DNA of 64,000 nucleotides, taken from positions 96,480 to 160,479 of the forward strand of contig JAKLEP010000002.1 in NCBI GenBank assembly GCA_022703055.1, given 5' to 3'. Below the pieces are notes generated by a model. The model worked only from the letters and a program-made list of their open reading frames with translations. It ran no database searches and had not been told where the DNA came from. This stretch comes from Candidatus Omnitrophota bacterium. GTDB taxonomy: Bacteria; Omnitrophota; Gorgyraeia; VGKH01. A program made the position numbers and the translations under genes. Positions 48,151 to 55,480 of the stretch are shown here, piece after piece; the first letter of the stretch is position 1, and every line of letters begins with the position of its first letter.

Positions 48151-48328
48151 ACCGCGCCTCGCCCGACCCTCGGCAAACCCCCTCCCGAAGGACCCATCGC
48201 TTAAAGGATTCCGGAGTCACGCGCAGTCGCAGGGTCACCTCACGCCAACCAGGTAAATCGAAACTCACATCAACCCAGAAGCCCGGCTTCCATTTCTTCT
48301 TTTTGCGTTTACGCCAATACCATCCCAT
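48041..48328 (-). CDS. Hypothetical basic protein (doubtful)
   Basis: GGAG lies 5 nt before the ATG. The N-terminus is MGWYWRKRKKKKWKPGFW. The ORF overlaps the repeat cluster, so coding status is uncertain. Confidence 0.25.
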   Translation of the reverse strand: MGWYWRKRKKKKWKPGFWVDVSFDLPGWREVTLRLRVTPESFKRWVLREGVCRGSGEARSFSDISFKNSCQCQQVGENAPNKANSPSKLCVFGEN

Positions 48329-48460
48329 AACGCTCCTCTAAAAAATGCGTGCGGAGGAGGGCAAGAGGTACCCTCTGCCAGACGCGTTTATCTGGCAAAA
48401 CTTTCACGATGGAAGAGTTAACAAGAACATCGATCCGGTTTCTCCGCATTAAACTTTCTT

Positions 48461-49144
48461 TTATACAGTGACCGCCTCCGATTGCTCTGCTGGTTTTACC
48501 TGTTCCGGCTTATACTTCTTCATCAGGCTTTTTATCTCCTCATCCAGATCGAAGTGTGACACCCAGTGATCCCTGCTTCGAATATTTTCTTCAACGTCCG
48601 CTATTGTTGGACGGCGCAACTCAGCAATGCCTTTGTCTATCTCAGCATGAAAGACCTTGTGCGCGTCTGATCCCAACCCGGGGCTAAACTCAGGAAATTC
48701 TTCAAGATGCCGTCTCGTGGTCTCCGGATGCCCGTAAATAGCGAACGCTAACGCGAACAGCCTGCCTTTAGCCCGCCATAGCTCAAGAATAGCTTTGTCT
48801 TTGTCTCTATTCATCGAGTTTCTGTCTGCGATGATCCGTTTCATTTCTTCATCTCGCTTGGCGACAAGCGATTCTTCGAGCTTCGCTTTCAGCTTCGCGA
48901 GACTTTCACTGATAACATCGAAGTTGATATCGCACTCGCCCAAAGCTAAGTCCGCCTGCTTTATGGCGTCGGGAATAACCCGCTCACCGCACATGACACG
49001 GCTTCTGATTTCTTTCACTTTCTCTTTTGCTTCGACTTTCTCTTGCTCACAAAGCTTCTGCTTTTCTTCAAGAGCTACGATCTGTTCGGCGATCTCTTCG
49101 GGTGTGCTTTTACCCCTTAACACGTTTAAAAAATTGATCTTCAT
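48461..49144 (-). CDS. Coiled-coil hypothetical protein
   Basis: 227 aa, E/K-rich heptad-like sequence, no recognised motif. Confidence 0.5.
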   Translation of the reverse strand: MKINFLNVLRGKSTPEEIAEQIVALEEKQKLCEQEKVEAKEKVKEIRSRVMCGERVIPDAIKQADLALGECDINFDVISESLAKLKAKLEESLVAKRDEEMKRIIADRNSMNRDKDKAILELWRAKGRLFALAFAIYGHPETTRRHLEEFPEFSPGLGSDAHKVFHAEIDKGIAELRRPTIADVEENIRSRDHWVSHFDLDEEIKSLMKKYKPEQVKPAEQSEAVTV

Positions 49145-49232
49145 GGTCTTGTCCTTTCTGTTTGTTTACATTGATATTTTTATCCACCCAATAAATCCGA
49201 TAATGTCAATCCACGGCACACCTCCTTTTTTC

Positions 49233-49514
49233 GTGAGCAACGTGAGGATACTTTCTTGCTTCTTCTACAGGCTCTTTATGATTACTTTCGTGTGTGAATT
49301 TCCCTTTATCCTGTCTTGTTAAAATTAAGAAAATTACCCTCACAATCCTCACAACTTCACCTAACACCTTGTAGATACAGAGATTGACCATGTGAGCAGA
49401 GCCGTGAGCAAGGCGTGAGGAACACTTGTTTCCTCACAGCTCAAAACGGCCGAGGGTCATCGTCCTGCTCACAAAAACCGTCTCTGCTCACATCTTGCTC
49501 ACGCCCATCCTCAC
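49233..49514. repeat. Cluster of 12-13 GTGAG(C/G)A heptamers in both orientations
   Basis: Forward copies at 49233, 49242, 49392, 49404 and 49415. Reverse copies (TGCTCAC/TCCTCAC) at 49337, 49346, 49431, 49466, 49485, 49496 and 49508. Includes the hairpin GTGAGGAA-N7-TTCCTCAC (49415-49437). Confidence 0.6.
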
Positions 49515-51825
49515 ACCCGTAATAATCATCATCGAGCACGGCGCCCGGCATCTTCTTAAGGATAAAAACCCGCCTTCCTGTACCGGCTTCACGTTTATTT
49601 TTCCGCGCGATATCGATCCCCACATTACGCATCACCGGAGCGATACGCGTTAATTCCGTTGATAGCCACTTGGCGTTGGCCGGAATGCCTTTTTCGTCTT
49701 TGTCCGGATTGATAAGCGAAAGAAGCTCGGCCGCTGAACCGTGCCACTCGCCGTTATTCTCGAGCACAATATTGATCAGTTTCTTGGCAAGGGCGCTGTC
49801 TTCGGCAGTGTCCTGCCATTTACGGTCAACTGACTCCTGATACTTCTTGAAAAATTCATCCCGGGTAAACCCCAGAGCCTCGGCCAATGCCGCGCCCCAC
49901 TGGGCAAAGTCCGCCATACGGAATTTCTCATGGCCTTTGACCTGATGGACAATAGCCATCGCGTTTGAAAGGGCAGTAAAGAACCCGCCAAGGATAAACG
50001 GTAATGACGCGTTCCACTGTTCGGTCATTTCTTTTTCCGAGCGTGTTTCTTTGAGCAAAGGGATATCGAAAATAATCGAGCGATCTAAAAGGTCCGGCCT
50101 CCACGCCGAAGCGCCGATACCGTTTAAGACAAAACACCGGCGATACGCCCGAATAAACTCATCGTCATTGGTATAAAGCGAGCGTTTCATGTCGCCTTCA
50201 CCGGTCACAGCTCGGCATAAAAAGTCGCTAAACCACTCCTGAATCTTGGAAATATTGTCAAAAGTATTTATCCAGTGTTTGTCCGCTGTCATCTGAGCGT
50301 GTTCCAAATCTTTCGGCGTTGAAATGAGCATGACCTTTGACGGGTCCACGAGCCCCTTGACCCGTCGGCTGTTATTTGATTTACCCGTGCCTTGCTCGCC
50401 GTTTTGATTAGGGATAACGTGCGGGATATTGGGAATAAAAAATGATGCTACCGAGATCAAGAAAAGACAATGGTCGTCTTTATGAATATTGCAGAATTTC
50501 AGGAAATCTTTGGGATTGCCGCCGGTAACCGGAATGACTTGCTCAGCCTGATGCTGATAACGTCTGAATATCGGAGGAAGATAACAGACCACCCAGCCGT
50601 CTTTCGTGATCCTGACACCACGCCAATCAAGCGTGGTAAGGTCATAATAAAAGTCTCCGTTATAAACGCCTACCCGGTTGAAAAGCTCTATCTGAGGCGC
50701 GTCCTGACAGCGGGCTTCGATCTGGATGCGCGCTTGTTTTAAGGCTTCGTTATTCGGAGGCACGCCGAACTTGTGGCGATATCTTTTCGCGCCCCAGTTA
50801 CGGAAATGCGCGCTTGCTGTCGGGCAAACCTCAACATGATCACCGAATGGCAGGACCACAAAAGGACTGCCTTGCTGGTCACGAAAATAATGTTTTATCT
50901 TTTCCTCATATTCCCGGGTGATTACTTCGCCTTGGGTTGGCTTGCGCTTGAGGGCATCTTCGGATGAGTCGCCGAAAGCTTCCGCGCAATCACTGACCGC
51001 TTTTTCGATAACAGACTCGCCGTATGTCTTGCCGTCGCCAAAGTGTCGCTCGTCCCACTTTGGGCGCATAAGACCGGAATGCCGGAAAATCTTGTCCATG
51101 AGCGCCGGATTTCTACCTGTCCAGAAGGCGAGTTTATTGCAGAAAGCAAGGTCTGCCTCGGATTGAGAAGGATAGGCGTCCTGCCATTTACCTTCATAAA
51201 GTTTGAAGAACACTTCGCTGTCATTGCTTTTTCTGATTCGGTTAAGAAGCGTTCGCTCTTTTCTGTGTTCTTCTTCAAACCGCTCTGATTCTTCAAATAG
51301 CTTGGCGAGTTTGTCTTTTCTTTCTTCAATGGAATTCTTACAGCCGGACACGATGTTGCCGGTAATGGTAAAGAAACGATTGCCCGAATACATCTCAACG
51401 CCCAAAGCGCTGAATTTTCTGTCCTTGGGAAGCGCTCCTTTACAGATGATATGAATACCCGTCCCGGTCGGTGAGAATTCGGTGTAACTATCGAGTAGCT
51501 GGATTATCTTTTTCGCGTTCGAAGCGATCACACCATCCTTAACGCATCTGTCTATATCAATGCCGATATAAGGCGGGGTAATCGCGAATCCTAGGGCGTC
51601 AAGATTGAGCGCTTCGGCCTTGGCGATAACTTCATCAAGCGGCCGCCATGTTACCGGATCATTCGACTTGGCATAGCCGCCGGTCGCGACATTGATCGGC
51701 TCTTTCTTGGGCTTTTTGTCTTTCTGGGGTGTGAATTTGAATCCCACGCCGATAGGCGGGGCTTTAAGTTCTGGCGGGATATTGTCCGCTTGCCATTTCT
51801 TCGCTATTCTTTCCTCGGTTTTCAT
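49441..51825 (-). CDS. Bifunctional prim-pol primase / SF3 (D5/P4-type) helicase replication protein
   Basis: 794 aa. Prim-pol motifs GIDIDRCV, GTGIHIICKG and VEMYSGNRFFTITGN, then the P-loop GEQGTGKS in a D5/P4-like C-terminal NTPase domain. Confidence 0.9.
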   Translation of the reverse strand: MKTEERIAKKWQADNIPPELKAPPIGVGFKFTPQKDKKPKKEPINVATGGYAKSNDPVTWRPLDEVIAKAEALNLDALGFAITPPYIGIDIDRCVKDGVIASNAKKIIQLLDSYTEFSPTGTGIHIICKGALPKDRKFSALGVEMYSGNRFFTITGNIVSGCKNSIEERKDKLAKLFEESERFEEEHRKERTLLNRIRKSNDSEVFFKLYEGKWQDAYPSQSEADLAFCNKLAFWTGRNPALMDKIFRHSGLMRPKWDERHFGDGKTYGESVIEKAVSDCAEAFGDSSEDALKRKPTQGEVITREYEEKIKHYFRDQQGSPFVVLPFGDHVEVCPTASAHFRNWGAKRYRHKFGVPPNNEALKQARIQIEARCQDAPQIELFNRVGVYNGDFYYDLTTLDWRGVRITKDGWVVCYLPPIFRRYQHQAEQVIPVTGGNPKDFLKFCNIHKDDHCLFLISVASFFIPNIPHVIPNQNGEQGTGKSNNSRRVKGLVDPSKVMLISTPKDLEHAQMTADKHWINTFDNISKIQEWFSDFLCRAVTGEGDMKRSLYTNDDEFIRAYRRCFVLNGIGASAWRPDLLDRSIIFDIPLLKETRSEKEMTEQWNASLPFILGGFFTALSNAMAIVHQVKGHEKFRMADFAQWGAALAEALGFTRDEFFKKYQESVDRKWQDTAEDSALAKKLINIVLENNGEWHGSAAELLSLINPDKDEKGIPANAKWLSTELTRIAPVMRNVGIDIARKNKREAGTGRRVFILKKMPGAVLDDDYYGCEDGREQDVSRDGFCEQDDDPRPF

Positions 51826-51827
51826 CT

Positions 51828-52058
51828 TTATACTCCGTTTTGAAATATGAAATCTTTAACCCTTCTGTAGCACTGAAATAACTGCTCCTCTTTGGAATTA
51901 CTGAAAAACTCGTCCGCCAGCTCCTTGGTCTTTTCGCAGTCATCAAAAAGCACCCGTTTTTGCCTTCCGGCGCCGGCAATGCCTTTCATGGCACAGCCCT
52001 TTGAGACCAGATAGGCGGCCAGATATATGTTTCCAGCTTCAAAATATTGTTCTTTCAT
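51828..52058 (-). CDS. Small phage/plasmid-type protein (DUF5659-like?)
   Basis: 76 aa, ending 2 nt before the primase start. The family assignment is from memory of the pattern LAAYLVSKG....G and is weak. Confidence 0.4.
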   Translation of the reverse strand: MKEQYFEAGNIYLAAYLVSKGCAMKGIAGAGRQKRVLFDDCEKTKELADEFFSNSKEEQLFQCYRRVKDFIFQNGV

Positions 52059-52083
52059 CTTGTTTCCTTTGTTTCCTCAAGGC

Positions 52084-52727
52084 GTATATACGACGAAATC
52101 CTCAAAAGTGTCCCACCCATACATACAGATTTTCCTGCCAAAATGTCGCGCTCTAATTCGTACATACGTAAAAATTCTTCAAAGTGTCTCAGCCCTCACC
52201 GTGTACATACAGATTTTTTCGCCGATTTGTCCCCCCTTTAGCGGGTATATACGTAAAAAAATCTCAAAATGTTGCAGGCTTCCTGATAGTACATACAACT
52301 TTTTTTACCAAAGTGTTTCACCAAACCTTCAAATATTCCTTCCACAGCATACATTCCCCGTTTTCCATAAAAGTGTCGGAAGTTTTTTACCCTAAGCATG
52401 TATTCAGGATTTTTCGTCAAAGTGTCGGATTTTTCTTCCTAAGCGTATATTCCGGAAATCCCTCCAAAGTGTCGGAATTTTTTTCTCCCTATGCGTACAT
52501 ACCGGAAAATTCCGCGAACTGTCGGAATTATTTTCATTTCACCTGCAACACTTTAAGAAAAAACATCGTATATACGCTCTAAGGCGGGACACTTTTCGAA
52601 AAAATCCGGTATATACGCCTTAGGGGAAAGATTTTTCCGACACTTTCGGGAAAAAAGCGGAATACATGTATGGGAGGACTTTTTTTAAAGACCCGCGCGA
52701 CATTTCGGAAAAAAAAGTTGTATGTAC
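52084..52727. repeat. Iteron-like array: about 14 degenerate units of roughly 35-60 nt (many 41-44 nt) with a bipartite GTAYATAC ... AAAGTGTC core, switching orientation near 52550 (putative origin)
   Basis: Cores occur at 52084, 52119, 52160, 52203, 52245, 52289, 52348, 52397, 52444 and 52494, each followed about 11 nt later by AAAGTGTC-like boxes. Inverted copies (GACACTTT ... GTATATAC) occur at 52568, 52609, 52662 and 52720. Confidence 0.8.
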
Positions 52728-52732
52728 GAGAT

Positions 52733-52951
52733 ATGGAAGAGAAAAAGACACGTTTAAAAGTAGAAGTCGAATATATCGACTGCCCGGACGGGGACGATCG
52801 GCTGGCTAAGACCGCCAAGCTCCTCTCCACGGGCGTTTATGAATACCTTAAAAAGAAAGGGTCGCTCAAGATTGACCCCCAGCGCCAAGAAAAGGTCCGG
52901 GAAGCCATGGAAAAAGCCCGGGAAATCATCAATCGTAATATTGAGGAATAA
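52733..52951 (+). CDS. Small acidic/basic protein upstream of the integrase (possible regulator or directionality factor)
   Basis: 72 aa from the ATG at 52733 (MEEKKTRLKVEVEYIDCPDGDDRLAKTAKLL...). The longer ORF-track start at 52670 lies inside the repeat array. Confidence 0.45.
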   Translation: MEEKKTRLKVEVEYIDCPDGDDRLAKTAKLLSTGVYEYLKKKGSLKIDPQRQEKVREAMEKAREIINRNIEE

Positions 52952-53001
52952 TGATTGATTCAGCTTGGCTTGTCGCGGGGTTGTGATAGGGTTGGGTCGC
53001 T

Positions 53002-54654
53002 ATGGCAGAGACAAATAAACGATGTGGATTCGTGATCAGGGTCAGTACGGACAAACAAGCCCGGAACCCCGAAGGATCACTCACAAACCAGCTCCAACGC
53101 TTACAGGCGCATGTTGAATACAAAAATACCGCCTGCGACGAGCATTGGGTTGAGGCTGGCCGCTATATTCTTAAAGGCGTATCCGGCAAGGACTCGATCC
53201 GAAGCCCGGAATTCGCCCAGCTATTCGCTGACATGGAATCCGGCAAGGTCAATACAGTCATCTGCACCGCGCTTGACCGCATAAGCCGCTCGGTCAAAGA
53301 CTTTCTGAATTTCTTTGAGATCCTCACCAAGTACAACGTGGAATTCGTCTGCTTAAAACAGAACTACGACACCACCTCATCACAAGGGAAGCTCTTCATA
53401 ACAATCATGATGGCGCTGGCAGAATTCGAGCGCACGCAAACTTCCGAGCGAAACCGGGACGCCACTATCGCCCGGGCAGAGAGGGGCTTATGGAACGGCG
53501 GGCATTTGCTGGGCTACAACTTAAACCCGGCGAAAAAAGGATATCTTGAGATCAATGACGAAGAAAAAGCGATCGTGCAATTCGCCTTTAAGAAGTATCT
53601 GGAATGCGGCTCAGTCATCGAGACCGCCCGGACGCTCAATGATCACGGCTTTCGGACAAAAAGCTACACCTCCCGACGGAATAAAATAAAACCACCTCAA
53701 AAATTCGGCAAGTCATCGACAAAGCAGATGCTCGTCAATCTTGCCTACATTGGCAAAAAGGAAATCAATAAACGCTGGATATGGTCAGATCAGGACAAAC
53801 TGCCGGATTACAAAAAATACCGGGTTGTTCCGGCTGTCTGGGACCCGATCATCGATGAGGACACGTTCTACAAAGCCCAGCATCTTATGAAACGAAACTG
53901 GTCGACCCGGCATAATGGTGTAACGCCAGTCAAACATTTGTACCTGTTAAATGGTGAATTATTGTTCTGCGAAAAATGCGGTAAGCCAATGGAAGGAACC
54001 TGCGGGACCGGACGGCAAGGCATGAAATATTATTATTACCACTGCAAGCACTGCAAATTCAAGATGCCTGCCGGTGAGGTTGAAGGCGTGGTCATCGATA
54101 AGCTCAAAGAACTCGCCACGAACGATGAAGCCGTGGCAATCATGGTCGAGGCCGCGAATAAAGAACTTCACAAAGAGATGCCCCAACTAAAAGGACAGCG
54201 TGACACACTCCAAAAGCGACTCGATGATGTCAAGAAAAGCGCGGACGGCATCATGGAAAAGTGGACAGCCATGGCCACGGATGACAACAGCGTGTTCTTG
54301 CGTGAGAAGCTGGACGAGCTGGCCAAGCAACGAAAAGACATCGAATCCGGACTTTCTGCCTTGGATATTCAAATAAGCGATATCCAGCGGGAGGCGATCA
54401 ATAAGGATGACGTCCTTGAGGCCCTTGGCAAGTTTTCCGAGCTCTTTGAGACGCTCGCCCCATACCTGCGCAAGGAAATCATCCGCCATGTCATGAAGAA
54501 GGCCGTATTGAGCCCCACGAGCATAAAAATAGCCCTGCTCGGGAAACATCCCAAAACAGGGCTATTCGATACAGCGGCGCCTGACGGCGCAATCCGCTGT
54601 CAGACGTCAATATGGCTCCCCCTCGAGGACTCGAACCTCGGACCTGGTGGTTAA
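53002..54654 (+). CDS. Large serine recombinase (integrase), integrated-state form
   Basis: Catalytic-Ser motif CGFVIRVSTDKQ, a resolvase domain, a recombinase domain, a zinc ribbon (CEKCGKPMEGTCG...YYYHCKHCKF) and a coiled coil. The last 13 codons (WLPLEDSNLGPGG) are read from the antisense strand of tRNA-Asn. Confidence 0.93.
   Translation: MAETNKRCGFVIRVSTDKQARNPEGSLTNQLQRLQAHVEYKNTACDEHWVEAGRYILKGVSGKDSIRSPEFAQLFADMESGKVNTVICTALDRISRSVKDFLNFFEILTKYNVEFVCLKQNYDTTSSQGKLFITIMMALAEFERTQTSERNRDATIARAERGLWNGGHLLGYNLNPAKKGYLEINDEEKAIVQFAFKKYLECGSVIETARTLNDHGFRTKSYTSRRNKIKPPQKFGKSSTKQMLVNLAYIGKKEINKRWIWSDQDKLPDYKKYRVVPAVWDPIIDEDTFYKAQHLMKRNWSTRHNGVTPVKHLYLLNGELLFCEKCGKPMEGTCGTGRQGMKYYYYHCKHCKFKMPAGEVEGVVIDKLKELATNDEAVAIMVEAANKELHKEMPQLKGQRDTLQKRLDDVKKSADGIMEKWTAMATDDNSVFLREKLDELAKQRKDIESGLSALDIQISDIQREAINKDDVLEALGKFSELFETLAPYLRKEIIRHVMKKAVLSPTSIKIALLGKHPKTGLFDTAAPDGAIRCQTSIWLPLEDSNLGPGG
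54613..54621. repeat. Right att core (attR), TGGCTCCCC
   Basis: Identical to 36171-36179. It forms the 3' terminal GGGGAGCCA of tRNA-Asn. Confidence 0.6.
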
Positions 54655-54688
54655 CAGCCACTCGCTCTACCGACTGAGCTAAGGGGGA
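54613..54688 (-). tRNA. tRNA-Asn (anticodon GTT), CCA encoded
   Basis: Minus strand: TCCCCCT-TA-GCTC-AGTCGGTA-GAGC-G-AGTGG-CTGTTAA-CCACC-AGGTC-CGAGG-TTCGAGT-CCTCG-AGGGGGA-GCCA. This folds as a cloverleaf with a perfect 7-bp acceptor stem, a GTT anticodon and a TTCGAGT T-loop. Confidence 0.93.
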
Positions 54689-54725
54689 ATTAGATATTAT
54701 TGCAAAAATACTGTTTTTATTCTAC

Positions 54726-55466
54726 TTAAAATCTATCCTTAGTCAAGAAATTTAATCCTTTTAAGGTAAGATTCTTATCTATCTTATCAATGGAACTACA
54801 AAATTTGCTTATCAATCCAATATTACCGCCGGTTGCCACAACAATAGGTTGTTTCTTAAACTGTTTTTTTAATTTTATAACCACGCCGTCGCAAAGGCAA
54901 CCGAATCCATTGAGCATGCCGCTAAGAATGCTATTTTTGGTGTCTTTACCGATAAGTTCTCTGGGCGCGGCTAGTTTCGCTTCGGGTAGAAGCGCGCATT
55001 TTGTTGCCAGTGCCTCCAAAGAAATCTTTAAACCCGGAATGATCATTCCTCCGACGTATTCAGCTCTTGCAGAAACCACATCAAAGGTTATAGCTGTACC
55101 AAAATCTACAATTATTAAAGGTGCGCCGAAGATCTTTAATCCTGCAAAGGCATTCACTAGCCTATCTTGACCTACCTGTTTTGGATTCCGATATAAATTC
55201 TTGACCGGAACTTTAATATCTTCTCCGACGACTAACGGCATGATATGCAACTGCTTAATTACCTTAGCTTTCAATGCTCGCGTAGCCTTCGGAACCACAC
55301 TGCAAATCACAATACTATTTATCGCTGCCTTATTTAATTTTAAATCCCTTCCGGAGACAATCTTGCCCGTAGGAATATCCCAAGACCTAATGAGCCTATT
55401 GGCTTTGAATATTCCAAAGCTTGTATTCGTATTCCCGATATCAATTACTAGATTCTTCATAGGCAA
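54726..55466 (-). CDS. coaX: Type III pantothenate kinase
   Basis: 246 aa. N-terminal LVIDIGNTNT and DFGTAITFD motifs of the CoaX/ASKHA fold. Confidence 0.9.
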   Translation of the reverse strand: MPMKNLVIDIGNTNTSFGIFKANRLIRSWDIPTGKIVSGRDLKLNKAAINSIVICSVVPKATRALKAKVIKQLHIMPLVVGEDIKVPVKNLYRNPKQVGQDRLVNAFAGLKIFGAPLIIVDFGTAITFDVVSARAEYVGGMIIPGLKISLEALATKCALLPEAKLAAPRELIGKDTKNSILSGMLNGFGCLCDGVVIKLKKQFKKQPIVVATGGNIGLISKFCSSIDKIDKNLTLKGLNFLTKDRF

Positions 55467-55480
55467 TATTATACCATTTA

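Larger units (their letters stand above)
36171..54621. mobile_element. Integrative element of about 18.4 kb at tRNA-Asn, with a serine-integrase, prim-pol replication module and defence cargo
   Basis: 9-bp direct repeat at both ends. An integrase abuts the tRNA at the right end. Also present are an excisionase-type HTH, a primase-helicase and iteron arrays. No virion or conjugation genes are visible. Confidence 0.8.

Noticed and set aside
52027-52830. Possible CRISPR array, and several 60-130-aa ORFs (52027..52395, 52047..52241, 52184..52582, 52238..52420, 52579..52830) in the repeat region
   Set aside because: The repeats are degenerate, only about 20 nt of each unit is conserved, and the intervening segments are short, A/T-rich and similar to each other. 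The orientation flips mid-array and no cas genes are present. The ORFs overlap in several frames and simply translate the repeats. I interpret the region as iterons, not as CRISPR or genes.
53959-54554. Antisense ORFs inside the recombinase gene (53959..54186, 54187..54549, 54369..54554)
   Set aside because: They lie entirely within a well-supported, GC-richer CDS on the other strand and have no independent signals. They are typical shadow ORFs.
54597-54621. Extended imperfect inverted symmetry around the att core (CTGT...core...ACAG), typical of serine-integrase attP half-sites
   Set aside because: Only 4-nt outer matches at unequal distances were found, which is too weak to claim without alignment to related elements.
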